Assembly: GCA_014729335.1 (NCBI GenBank)
Contig: WJKC01000057.1
Coordinates: 1-34,022, forward strand
Source: an archaeon
GTDB lineage: Archaea > Nanobdellota > Nanobdellia > WJKC01
Reading direction: 5' to 3'
DNA length: 34,022 nt
The notes under the pieces are model-generated. The model worked only from the letters and a program-made list of their open reading frames with translations, did no database searches and was not told where the DNA came from. The position numbers and the translations under genes were made by a program. Shown piece after piece: positions 24,934-34,022 of this stretch. Every line of letters begins with the position of its first letter. The first letter of the stretch is position 1.

Positions 24934-27120
24934 ATGAATTTGAAGAACCGGTTTGTTGGAGGAGTGATTCTTTCATTAATAATGCTTGGAGCGGCTAGTG
25001 CGGGCTACCAGGACTACGAGGTTGACTGGATGGTGCTGCCTGGAACTATTTATGAGAACACTGATGTGACAATATTTGGTTATATTAGTATTGATGATTT
25101 GGGAGGGATACTGCCAATTAACAACTTTACTCTGCGGGTCATGGAGGGCTCAACTGTTAAGAAGCAGTTGAAGCTGACTGACACGGCTCTTAGTTATGTT
25201 AATGATTATGATAATGATGAGTTATTGCTTGATGGTTTCTTTTACACTAAGATGAGTGATTTGGATGAAGGCGTCTACTCTGCGATAATTTCAATCGGGG
25301 GCGAGGACGTTGATTATCAGAGTTTTGAGGTTAATAGCGGCGAGTCTAACCTCTCAGCCAATCTTATCACAATCACGACTAATAATGGTCCAGTCATAGA
25401 CCTTGATTATACTGGCGGTACACCAATTGTTAACGCGGAACTATACCTTTATGGCAGGGAGAACTTTGACAACCCTACAGTAGTGTCTGCTTCAGGAATA
25501 ACTAACGGCACTACTTATCATGTTGACGAGGTTAGTGGTTTTGAGTTAAGTGATTATGTTGATGATAACCAGGTTTATGGGTTTGTTGTTTACGGCGTCA
25601 CTAGTGATGGTAATCCTTCTGAACCAGAGATTATTGTTAAGAACACTGGTTTTAAGGATATAGTATATGATGCTGGCGCTTCACTTGAGACTAAGGCTTT
25701 GAAAAAGGGAAAGGCTGAGTCATTATCCTTATCTATTGAGAATAACGGTTCTTTACTAACTAGTTATGAGGTTGGCTTGAGCGGTTCATTAAGTGATTAC
25801 GCCTCAGTTGATGATGGTTTTGAGTTAATGCCTGGTGATTTAGTGACTAAGAGTTTAATCATTGACTTGCCGCGGAGCCATGTTCCGTTAACCGGTAACT
25901 TAACTGTTACTTTAACTGCTGGTGGTTCAGTGGTTGATGAGCAGACTTACTTTATGAATTTATCAGCAGCTGACCCGATTCATAGTGTTAGTGTTAATAG
26001 TGTTACTTTCTCAGAGGATTATTACTTTGAAGGAGAGTATGTTAAGGGTAATATTTCAATAACTAATGACGGCGACTACACGGAGTACGTTGATGTTAAG
26101 TATTATTTTAATAATCAGGCAGTTGGCAAGACTAACCAGGTTAGTCTAGCTAGGGGTGAAACAAAGAATATCACTATCTTTTCACAGGCAGGGTCTGAGT
26201 CAACGCTTGTTGTCACTGCCACTAATGGTAACTTGGATTATGTTGAATCATTTGATGTTAATATTGTTAATAAGGATTATGAGTTCAACTTCTACTTGGA
26301 GGATAGTGAGATTATATCACAGAACGCTGTTACTGAGACTGCTGAGTTAGTGATTGAGAACACGGGTAATGTTGATGACGTCTTCTTGGTGACTAGTGGT
26401 TATGGCAATGTTGAGTTAAATAATAGCGGTAAGAATACAATCTCTGTTATTGTTCCGCCTGAAGAGTCAGTGGTTATAGACGCTGAGGTTAATATTCCTT
26501 CGGATGAATTAATGGTTAATTCAACTTTCACTGTTTGTTCTCAGATGGGTAATGAGTGCAGTGAAGCTGACCTGTTAATCAGTATTTTCAGGTCTGCTGA
26601 TGATATTCAGGGCTCTGAGAGCGTGGTTAATATATCTGAGACTTCCTTAACAGGTGATACTGAGGAGGGTGTTATTTACTCTTTTGATGTGACTAATAAC
26701 AGGCTTATTTCAAAGAATTATGAGGTTGTTTATGAGACAAACGCTACTGGTTTAGAGTTTAGTGTTTACCCCGGGGTTAATTTCACAGTCCAGCCAGGAG
26801 AGACTCAGAAGGTTTTCCTTTATGCTACTCCGAGCGAGGCTGGAGATTATGACATTAATTACATAATTAAGGAGGAGGGCGTTGAACTGGCAAGCGGTGA
26901 TTTGGAGTTAAACGCTGGTTCAAGTGTGGATGGGATTACAGGTTTCGCAGTGGCTGCGGGGGGAGTTCTTGGAGTCGCTGGCTTAGTTGTGCTCGTCTTG
27001 TTTATTTATTTTTATTTTATTAGGCAGCCGTCTAGCACTGATGATGACTTCAAGCCGGTTGAGGTTAAGAAGGCAGACTTAACTAAGCCTGCAACTAAAA
27101 ATGATGATAAGTACTGGTAA
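24934..27120 (+). CDS. Secreted, C-terminally anchored surface glycoprotein with Ig-like (CARDB/COG1470-like) repeats
   Basis: Signal peptide, acidic beta-rich repeats (IENNG, ITNDG, IENTG, L.PGE), many N-x-S/T sequons, GITGFAV before a C-terminal TM and charged tail. Confidence 0.8.
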   Translation: MNLKNRFVGGVILSLIMLGAASAGYQDYEVDWMVLPGTIYENTDVTIFGYISIDDLGGILPINNFTLRVMEGSTVKKQLKLTDTALSYVNDYDNDELLLDGFFYTKMSDLDEGVYSAIISIGGEDVDYQSFEVNSGESNLSANLITITTNNGPVIDLDYTGGTPIVNAELYLYGRENFDNPTVVSASGITNGTTYHVDEVSGFELSDYVDDNQVYGFVVYGVTSDGNPSEPEIIVKNTGFKDIVYDAGASLETKALKKGKAESLSLSIENNGSLLTSYEVGLSGSLSDYASVDDGFELMPGDLVTKSLIIDLPRSHVPLTGNLTVTLTAGGSVVDEQTYFMNLSAADPIHSVSVNSVTFSEDYYFEGEYVKGNISITNDGDYTEYVDVKYYFNNQAVGKTNQVSLARGETKNITIFSQAGSESTLVVTATNGNLDYVESFDVNIVNKDYEFNFYLEDSEIISQNAVTETAELVIENTGNVDDVFLVTSGYGNVELNNSGKNTISVIVPPEESVVIDAEVNIPSDELMVNSTFTVCSQMGNECSEADLLISIFRSADDIQGSESVVNISETSLTGDTEEGVIYSFDVTNNRLISKNYEVVYETNATGLEFSVYPGVNFTVQPGETQKVFLYATPSEAGDYDINYIIKEEGVELASGDLELNAGSSVDGITGFAVAAGGVLGVAGLVVLVLFIYFYFIRQPSSTDDDFKPVEVKKADLTKPATKNDDKYW

Positions 27121-28819
27121 AGTATTATCCCTGTTTTCATTATTAATATTATTAAGTGGTGCTAGGGGTTTAGAGGCTTGTCAGTGCAGCACGGTTACTA
27201 CTGAGTTATACTTCACTAATGATGAGTCAACTGTTCAGCACTATACTCTTCAGAAGAGCGGGCTGGCTAGTACTTGGTCAACTCTTACTCCTTCAACTTT
27301 CACTCTTGACCCTGGCGAGACAAAACTAGTGGTTGTTTTCTTAAGGGTTGGCTGCAGTGTTGAAGAGGGTGTTTATGACTTGGTTGTTAAAGCCGTGTCA
27401 GAGGATGGCTTGATTTCAGAGTCAGTTAGTTTTGAGGTTAGTTCTTGCAGGTCAGTTGCTGTTAAACCTGAAATTGAGCCTGTTGCTTGTGTTAATCAGG
27501 GGTTATTAATGCCTTTAAACATCAGTAATGATGGTGATTACTCTGAGAGTGTTAATTTAACATCTTCTAGTGGCAATCTTAGTATTAGTTCATTAACTCT
27601 TGATAGCGGTGACTCTCAGCTGGTTAATCTTAGTCTTGTTCCAAGAGAGGTTGGTTTAAACCCTGTTATCATCACTGCTTCCTGGTCTGGTGGTGACAGC
27701 AGGTCGGTGATTAGTGTTAACACTACTGAGTGCTCTGCCTTTACTGCTTCTTTATCTAATGGTTATGTTAATCTTTGTGAGAGTGATGAGGTGGTTGTTA
27801 AGTTGACTGTTACTAATGACGAGGAGGGTAAGCGTTTCTTTTTTAACTCTTCTTCTTTGCTTTTTGACTTGCTGTCAAACACTTACCTTGAGCCTAATGA
27901 GGTGATGGTTGAGGACTTGGTTGTTTATAGCAGCTGTGAGTCAGGTGTTAGCGAGCCAGTGATTAGGGTTTGGGCTGAGGGCGCCGGCGTTGTTGAACTC
28001 CCTTTAGTGCTTAATGTTAAGGGCTGCTACCTGCCTATAGTTGTTGCCCGCACGCAGAGTGACTTGGCTTGTGCTTGTGAAGAACTTGTTTATTACTTTG
28101 ATGTTTATAACCCTGGTTTTAAAGAGATGATTTACGCTGTTACTTCCAGCGCTGGTTCAGTTTATCATGATGGTGTGAGAGTTGATAGCATTACCCTTGA
28201 CCCTGATGAGTCAATTACGCTGTCAGTTAATCACTCTGTTCCCTGCGGTTACTCTGGCAGTCTTAATTTATCCTTGACCGCGACCTCTATTAGTGCTTGC
28301 AGTAAGACTTCAACCAGTATGGTTAAGTTAATGGTTGATTCCTGGACTGACTGCCAGGCGGTTAGTCTTCAGGCCCAGCCCGTTGTTAGTGGTTTTAATG
28401 AGTCGCCTTTCACAGTGCCTGTTAATGTTAGGAATATTGGTGTCAGGCCCACTAGTTATAACTTGGTGGTTACTGGTTCAGCTATGAGCAACTTGCTGGG
28501 TGTTAGTAAGAGTTTTGTCACTCTTAACCCTGGTGAGAGCGAGGTTGTTGAGTTAACTCTTGACCCTGAACGGATTACAGGCAGTTTCATTAGTGTCCAG
28601 GCTTTTAGTACGGATAACTTGGCTAGTGATTCTGCAGTTATTAACTTCGGCGAATCCTTTCTTAGTGATTACGATTTTTATTTCTTGTTAATCCCGTCTG
28701 CAGTTACCGTATTATTGATTATCTTGTTGGTTAGAAGTAATCTTTTTAATAAAAGCGGTGGTAGTATTAATTCTAGTGGCAAGGAAATCAAAATCAAGAA
28801 AGCAGAAAGGAAAAAGTAA
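27101..28819 (+). CDS. Cys-rich surface protein with about five Ig-like (COG1470-like) repeats
   Basis: Signal peptide; about 90-100 aa repeats with LDPGE, LDSGD, LEPNE, LDPDE, LNPGE and spaced Cys; C-terminal TM plus basic tail. Confidence 0.8.
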   Translation: MMISTGKVLSLFSLLILLSGARGLEACQCSTVTTELYFTNDESTVQHYTLQKSGLASTWSTLTPSTFTLDPGETKLVVVFLRVGCSVEEGVYDLVVKAVSEDGLISESVSFEVSSCRSVAVKPEIEPVACVNQGLLMPLNISNDGDYSESVNLTSSSGNLSISSLTLDSGDSQLVNLSLVPREVGLNPVIITASWSGGDSRSVISVNTTECSAFTASLSNGYVNLCESDEVVVKLTVTNDEEGKRFFFNSSSLLFDLLSNTYLEPNEVMVEDLVVYSSCESGVSEPVIRVWAEGAGVVELPLVLNVKGCYLPIVVARTQSDLACACEELVYYFDVYNPGFKEMIYAVTSSAGSVYHDGVRVDSITLDPDESITLSVNHSVPCGYSGSLNLSLTATSISACSKTSTSMVKLMVDSWTDCQAVSLQAQPVVSGFNESPFTVPVNVRNIGVRPTSYNLVVTGSAMSNLLGVSKSFVTLNPGESEVVELTLDPERITGSFISVQAFSTDNLASDSAVINFGESFLSDYDFYFLLIPSAVTVLLIILLVRSNLFNKSGGSINSSGKEIKIKKAERKK

Positions 28820-29336
28820 GTGGCTTAAGGGCTGGCTTCAGCATGATAAGGTTGTTGTTATGGGTGACTTGAGCAGGCTCCAGTCGCTTCGTGATAAGGG
28901 TTTTTTTGGTTCTATTATTAATGATAAGCTTGAGTTGTCTCTTTGCGAGGCTCTTTACTTGATGGAGCGGGGGAAACTGCATGTGAGTGACAAGCGGGCT
29001 CTTTCTTTGAAGGGTTTTATTAAGCGGGCTAAGAAGGTTGACTCTCGTTTCTGGACTCGTTTCAAGGTCTACTCTGATATCCGCTCTAAGGGTTATATCA
29101 CCCGGGCGGCTCTTAAGTTCGGCGCTGACTTCAGTGTTTATGATAAGGGCACTGTGCCCGGGCGTCATCATAGTAAGTGGTTGTTATTTGCTGTGAGTGC
29201 TGATGAGTCTTTTAATTGGCGTGAGTTATCAGCTATGAACCGGGTGGCTCATAGTGTTAAGAAGGACTTGTTGGTTGGAGTGCTTGACTCAGAGGGTGAT
29301 GTTACTTATTATAGTACTAATTGGATTAAGCCTTAG
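28776..29336 (+). CDS. endA: tRNA-intron (splicing) endonuclease, catalytic subunit
   Basis: LELSLCEALYL, VY.D.R.KGY, LKFGADFSVY, HSKWL, RVAHSVKK (Tyr/His/Lys triad); start GTG 28776 or 28758. Confidence 0.95.
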   Translation: MARKSKSRKQKGKSKWLKGWLQHDKVVVMGDLSRLQSLRDKGFFGSIINDKLELSLCEALYLMERGKLHVSDKRALSLKGFIKRAKKVDSRFWTRFKVYSDIRSKGYITRAALKFGADFSVYDKGTVPGRHHSKWLLFAVSADESFNWRELSAMNRVAHSVKKDLLVGVLDSEGDVTYYSTNWIKP

Positions 29337-30007
29337 CGGTTCCATAAGTCGTCTAAGTTTAGACATAGCTTGGCTAGTTTCCCTAGGGTGTAGAACGGCG
29401 CTCCCTCATGGCTGAAGTAGTAAGTGTTTTTCTCATTGAAGTGTCTTATTTTGAAGCTGTTCTTAACATTGTAAGCCTCGCTGCCGCTGAAAGCAAAGTT
29501 ATTTTCCAGCAGTGCTAGTTGTAAGTCTTTTATTGGATGGATTCTCTCAAGGCTCTTCCTGACCGAGAGGTAAGTGTTTATTAGTGTCTGGGGTATCACT
29601 GTTTCATAACCAGCTATTATCTTGTTTAGTTTTATCAGCCACTGCGATTGCTTGATGCTGTCTTTATCATAGAATACTGGTGTATTATTGATTAACTCGT
29701 CTATTAACTCGTGTTTTTTTAACAAGCCCTTGTTAACTTTCTTTTTTTTAACTCTTAGCTCTGAGTATTTGTCCATGATTTTTCTCTGGGTGAATAAGAG
29801 GTTTATTTTCTCAGCATCCCAGTCCATTTTTAATAATCCTTTCAGGTTTGTCAGGATGATGGTTTTCTCAGGCAGGTTGACTGAGTGATAGTAACTGCTT
29901 ACTCTTGTTTTGTCAAGCAGTACTGAGTAGTGGAGGGTGTCAAACTTGTTGTTGATAACGTTGTTTTTTACTTTTGGCACTGGCACTTCGATAATTAATA
30001 GGTTCAT
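29333..30007 (-). CDS. Hypothetical protein
   Basis: 224-aa ORF, TATA-like TTTTAAA upstream; no motif recognised. Confidence 0.65.
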   Translation of the reverse strand: MNLLIIEVPVPKVKNNVINNKFDTLHYSVLLDKTRVSSYYHSVNLPEKTIILTNLKGLLKMDWDAEKINLLFTQRKIMDKYSELRVKKKKVNKGLLKKHELIDELINNTPVFYDKDSIKQSQWLIKLNKIIAGYETVIPQTLINTYLSVRKSLERIHPIKDLQLALLENNFAFSGSEAYNVKNSFKIRHFNEKNTYYFSHEGAPFYTLGKLAKLCLNLDDLWNR

Positions 30008-30040
30008 TTGGTTAAGTATAGTGTTTTTGTTTTTAAAATA

Positions 30041-30382
30041 CTATTCTTCTTTTTTAGCTTCTTCAATATCTCTTTCCAGGAACCATAGGATGTTTGATAA
30101 TTGTCTTATCTCTTTTAATTCTTTTAGACCTGAGTAAAAGGTGTATATTAGTACTATTATCCCGCTGATTATTGATATCAATCCTGCTATGTGGAAGAAG
30201 TCGTATGGGGTTTCGGTTAAGCCTATGAATGCTATGCCGAATAGTATTATTGTGGTGCCGGTCCTGATGCTTGCCATCAGCGTCCGTTGGTAAGCAAGCC
30301 TTGTCCTCTTGTTTGCTAGTTTTGTCTGCTGCTCTGCTAGTTCTAGTCTTATTTTTTCTTTTTTCTTGTCATTCTTAGCCAT
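30041..30382 (-). CDS. DUF202 (YidH-like) membrane protein
   Basis: LANKRTRLAYQRT..A.IRT motif followed by two TM helices. Confidence 0.88.
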   Translation of the reverse strand: MAKNDKKKEKIRLELAEQQTKLANKRTRLAYQRTLMASIRTGTTIILFGIAFIGLTETPYDFFHIAGLISIISGIIVLIYTFYSGLKELKEIRQLSNILWFLERDIEEAKKEE

Positions 30383-30390
30383 TATTTAAA

Positions 30391-31059
30391 TTAATCATCC
30401 GCGCTTTTTAATAGTTTTAGCAGTTCTTTTAAATTGTTTATTTTATAGTCTGGTTCTGGCCCTTTTATGTTCTTATAGGGTCCTTTCATTAATTGGGCGC
30501 TTTTAATACCTGTTTTATTAGCTGCTTTTATGTCGCTGTCCGGCCGGTCGCCTATTAGCAACGCGTTTGTTGTTTTGAATTTTTTCAGTATTTTTTTTAT
30601 AGCTGTCTCTTTTGACTCTTCGTCACTTACTATCCACACGTTATTTTTGAAATAGGGGTATAAGCCCAGCCTGTTAATCTTGTCCCATTGCTTTTTTTCC
30701 TTGCCTTTGGTTAGGATGCATGTGTTGTGTTTTTTCTTTAATTTTTTCAGAACCCTTGTTGTTTCTGAGTAGGGTTTCATTAATTCCTGTTTTGTAGTGT
30801 TGTATTTGGTGACGCCCGCGGTGATGATTGCTAGTTGTTCCCTGCGGCTTAGGTTTGTCATCCTCTTGACTGTCAGGTCAAAGTGTTGATTGTAGTTTGA
30901 GCCTTTTTCTTTGATGACCTTGTTTAGTTCTTTTCTTATTTCTTCGTAAGTGCCTGGCAAGCCGCGTTTCATCATTGCCTTGACAGCTGCTTCCCGGCAC
31001 TGTATTACCTGCTCGTGAGTGGGGTATAAAGTGTTGTCCAGGTCAAATATTAGCAGCAT
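30391..31059 (-). CDS. HAD-superfamily hydrolase
   Basis: FDLDNTLY motif I, LT.G...KQWDKI.RLGL, IGDRPDSDI..A motif IV. Confidence 0.93.
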   Translation of the reverse strand: MLLIFDLDNTLYPTHEQVIQCREAAVKAMMKRGLPGTYEEIRKELNKVIKEKGSNYNQHFDLTVKRMTNLSRREQLAIITAGVTKYNTTKQELMKPYSETTRVLKKLKKKHNTCILTKGKEKKQWDKINRLGLYPYFKNNVWIVSDEESKETAIKKILKKFKTTNALLIGDRPDSDIKAANKTGIKSAQLMKGPYKNIKGPEPDYKINNLKELLKLLKSADD

Positions 31060-31140
31060 ATTAGTGTGTAGTTGTTTGTTTTTTTTATTTTTGTGTTTTT
31101 CATTACTTTTTTATATACTAAATTGTTCTTTTATTGTTTA

Positions 31141-32304
31141 ATGAAGCTTAAAAAAAGCTTGGAGAGATTTCATGATGAGAATCGTTATTTTATCCCGCTG
31201 CTATTTATAGCGTTTATCTTAATGGTTACTGGCGCTTTTTACTCTGGACCCGTGATTCTTAATTTTGACGTGTTATTTGAACACCCGTTATTATTTCAGG
31301 GCGACGCTGTTATCCAGGCGGTTACTCTTAGGCCTGACTGGACTTTCAGTATTGAGGTCTTGTCTAATAAGGATATTAGCTTGTCAGTTTTTAATCTTGG
31401 AGGCGAGCTGGTTGCCCGCTCTAATACCCGTTTTCTTGAGTTCTCGCCGGGTTTCTTGGATTTGTATTTTGTACAAGTTCATGGCACTGATTATGCTATT
31501 TTTGATTTTAATTACACTAAGAGGGGCATGGCTCCTTACCCTACTCCTTACTTGTTCTTTGCTAGTGGTTTATTATTATTTCTGGGCGTAATGGTTTATT
31601 ACTTGCTTGAGCCTTGGGGTTTTAAGTTTAAACGGAAGCTGGAGCGGCTTGACGCCGTGTTCTACCCGGTTGTTTTTTTAATGTCGTCGATTATTTTATG
31701 GGTTTTTAGGGATTCTTTGATATGGTTTATGCCTAAGTCTTTGTTAAATTATGTTTTGATGATTATTTTTTCATTAGTGGTTATTGCTGCTTGTTCTTTT
31801 GTTATTAGCGCTTTATTCAGGGGTGATAAGTTGTTTATGAAGAGCAAGAAGTATAAGAAGTTCTTTAAGGTTTTCTTCGGCTTCTTGTTGGCTTACGCAT
31901 TGGTTTTCTTAACTGTGCTGCTTGATTATAGTGGTCTTAGCAGCCAGGTCGGCTTGTTAGTTAAACTGGCTGTTCTTGGTTTTTTAATCCTTTTTTATGT
32001 TAAGTTTAATGAGCGGACTGCTTTGCTTATTTACTTATTCACGTGGTTGACTAGTGAGTTAATTAAATTGTTGGCTTACTCTATCGGCGTGCCAGTGGTT
32101 TTTGACACGTTCTTAACCAACCCGTCTCCTGTTGGTATGATTCCTTTATTGTTTGTTCTTGAGGGTTTCATGGTGTTGGCTGTTTACTTCCTGGTTAAGG
32201 GCTATTTTGCTAAGAACAGGGCTAAGGCTGTTTCTTACGGCTTGTATGCTAGTATTTTTGTTCAGGCTTTTATGCAGGTTTTCTCTGGCAGCAGTTTGAT
32301 TTAG
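31141..32304 (+). CDS. Polytopic membrane protein with a small extracellular beta domain
   Basis: One TM, a soluble region of about 100 aa, then about 8 TM; ATG at 31141 after TTTTTATA. Confidence 0.75.
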   Translation: MKLKKSLERFHDENRYFIPLLFIAFILMVTGAFYSGPVILNFDVLFEHPLLFQGDAVIQAVTLRPDWTFSIEVLSNKDISLSVFNLGGELVARSNTRFLEFSPGFLDLYFVQVHGTDYAIFDFNYTKRGMAPYPTPYLFFASGLLLFLGVMVYYLLEPWGFKFKRKLERLDAVFYPVVFLMSSIILWVFRDSLIWFMPKSLLNYVLMIIFSLVVIAACSFVISALFRGDKLFMKSKKYKKFFKVFFGFLLAYALVFLTVLLDYSGLSSQVGLLVKLAVLGFLILFYVKFNERTALLIYLFTWLTSELIKLLAYSIGVPVVFDTFLTNPSPVGMIPLLFVLEGFMVLAVYFLVKGYFAKNRAKAVSYGLYASIFVQAFMQVFSGSSLI

Positions 32305-32342
32305 GAGAACTCTAATAAATGTCTAATTACTATTTTTGTTTT

Positions 32343-34016
32343 ATGAGGATTAGTGTTGTTTTATTGTTTTTTTTATGCCTTTCCCCTGTATTTGCTTCTC
32401 AGTGCAGCACCGCGTTGGTTGGGGTGATGGAGACGCCTGATGGTTTTGAGGGAGTTCTTGCTAACCTTACTGTTAGCATGGCTCCTGGTTCTGGCAAGGT
32501 GTGGGTTGATACCATGCCGCTTACTAAGGTTGAGACTCAGGTCAGCGCCCGGATGGCTCGTGATGTTGCATGTGAGTTGTTGAGTGTTAATTGTTCAAGC
32601 ATTGATTTTTATTATTTGATGAGAAGTGATTATATAATGGTTGGCGGTCCTAGTGCTGGCGCGCCAATGGCTGTTTGCACCATGGCTTTACTGCTTAATA
32701 AGTCATTGGACCCTGGGGTTGTGATGACTGGCACTATTAACCCTGATGGTAGTGTCGGGCCTGTTGGCAGTATTGATGCTAAGGCGCGCGCCTTGACTGG
32801 TTATGATACCTTATTAGTTCCTGAGGGTTCTTTTTTTAACGAGTCTGATGTTTATGGTGTTGAGTTGGTTAATGTTGCTGATGTTCTGGAGGCTTTTTCT
32901 TATTATACTGGTTATGACGTGGTTTTCACTAATGTTTCTAGTGAGGAGTTGGTTAGTGCTGATTACCTTGACTTGATGCAGTTGATGAGTGATGACTTAA
33001 TCAGCGTTGCTGGCGATTACTTGAACGGCTCGGTTGCCGGCTCTTTGCTTAATGAGTCTCGTGATTTCTATGGTAATGCTAGTTATTATAGTGCTGCCAG
33101 CCTTGCTGTTAGGTCGTTAATTAATTCCATTTATGATAGTAATCTTTACCTGCTTAATGAGTCTCCTGAGAGCATTAATGACTTGTTAGTTAATGTTAGC
33201 AGCAGGGTTGATGAGTTTAAGCAGTCTTTTATTAATGATTTGCTTATTGACCACTTGTACGACCTTGAGGGTTTTGCAATAACCATGGACCGGGTTAGCG
33301 AGGCTGAGGACATGATTGCTGAGGGGCTTAACTCGTCTGATGCCGGGGAGGCGTTGTTTCTTTACTCTTTTGCTGAGACTCGTTTAATCACTGCTTATCA
33401 ATGGTCTTTTATTCTTGATTATTTCTCGTCTGATAAAGTGGTTGATTTTGACCTGGCTGTTATTAAGCCTTTAATTATTGAGCGCTTGGAGGCTGCTCGC
33501 AACGCTATTACTTATGCTAAGACTATAGTCGGTCCTGAATACCTTGCTGGGGCTGAGGACCATTTGAATAACGCTGTTAATTCTTATAACCGCGATGGGT
33601 TTATCTACGCTTTATTTGAGTCTTTGAAGGCCCGGGCTGAGGCTAACTTGTTGATGGAGTTAAGGGGTCTTGATGATCTTTCTGATAGGATTGCTTTTAA
33701 GCGTGACTCAGCTGAGCGCGCGGTTAGTAAGTCCATGAGCCGGGGTTACCTGCCTTTGCTGGCTCTTTCTTACTTGGAGTACTCTATGGCTTTTGAGGAT
33801 GACCCTTTTCAGGAGTTAATCTTCTTGGCTTATGCTAAGGAGTTTGCTAGTCTTGGCTCGTCAATTAATGAGTTTGTTAAGTATTCTCGTGATAGTTATT
33901 CTGTTCCTTATCAGGTTACCAGGCAGTTTGATTATGGTTTGTTGAGGCAGGGTTTATTGGTTATTCTTGGCTTTGTCCTTGGCTTGGTGGCTGCTCTGTC
34001 AGGCGTAGGCGGGTAA
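32343..34016 (+). CDS. Archaeal secreted Lon-like (S16) serine protease, COG1750 type
   Basis: Signal peptide, PGSG.V, TQ.SAR.A, GGPSAG (Ser), MTGTINPDGSVGPVG.I..K (Lys), YYSAAS, C-terminal TM. Confidence 0.9.
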   Translation: MRISVVLLFFLCLSPVFASQCSTALVGVMETPDGFEGVLANLTVSMAPGSGKVWVDTMPLTKVETQVSARMARDVACELLSVNCSSIDFYYLMRSDYIMVGGPSAGAPMAVCTMALLLNKSLDPGVVMTGTINPDGSVGPVGSIDAKARALTGYDTLLVPEGSFFNESDVYGVELVNVADVLEAFSYYTGYDVVFTNVSSEELVSADYLDLMQLMSDDLISVAGDYLNGSVAGSLLNESRDFYGNASYYSAASLAVRSLINSIYDSNLYLLNESPESINDLLVNVSSRVDEFKQSFINDLLIDHLYDLEGFAITMDRVSEAEDMIAEGLNSSDAGEALFLYSFAETRLITAYQWSFILDYFSSDKVVDFDLAVIKPLIIERLEAARNAITYAKTIVGPEYLAGAEDHLNNAVNSYNRDGFIYALFESLKARAEANLLMELRGLDDLSDRIAFKRDSAERAVSKSMSRGYLPLLALSYLEYSMAFEDDPFQELIFLAYAKEFASLGSSINEFVKYSRDSYSVPYQVTRQFDYGLLRQGLLVILGFVLGLVAALSGVGG

Positions 34017-34022
34017 TTAGAA

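Noticed and set aside
23703-31591. ORFs 23703-23888, 26156-26350, 28794-29171, 29688-29888, 29937-30137, 31265-31591 (and 6208-6390 inside fen)
   Set aside because: Alternate-frame or antisense ORFs inside longer supported genes.
24820-34022. Integrated island or provirus downstream of tRNA-Trp
   Set aside because: No integrase, no distal att copy seen, and the region holds housekeeping genes such as endA.

Overview
Core-genome segment of an archaeon, most likely a DPANN lineage (inferred from archaeal-type LeuRS/TrpRS, S17e, aEF-1beta, AglB, Cdc6, FEN1, NucS, Nre, EndA, an AMP phosphorylase/R15P isomerase pair, dense packing and many apparently leaderless genes). It holds about 40 CDS, including three the ORF track missed (a truncated GlcNAc-1-P transferase at the left edge, a Zn-ribbon gene before EF-1beta and a 36-aa acidic microprotein), plus tRNA-Arg(TCT) and an intron-containing tRNA-Trp(CCA). 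I see no CRISPR array, integrase or transposase. The most unusual signals are non-coding. (1) Three short hairpin inserts are each flanked by exact 20-26 bp direct repeats that duplicate a promoter, the 5' end of trpS, or a tRNA 3' end, which suggests an undescribed miniature element with long target duplications. (2) An ORB-like motif with AT-rich flanks at 17.6 kb is a candidate replication origin 12 kb from cdc6. (3) The tRNA-Trp intron looks like a minimal single-guide C/D RNA for Cm34. (4) There is a structured 5' leader at 21.7 kb. (5) An orphan protein carries a TFB-like cyclin/HTH repeat. All family calls come from motif recognition by eye, with no database searches.
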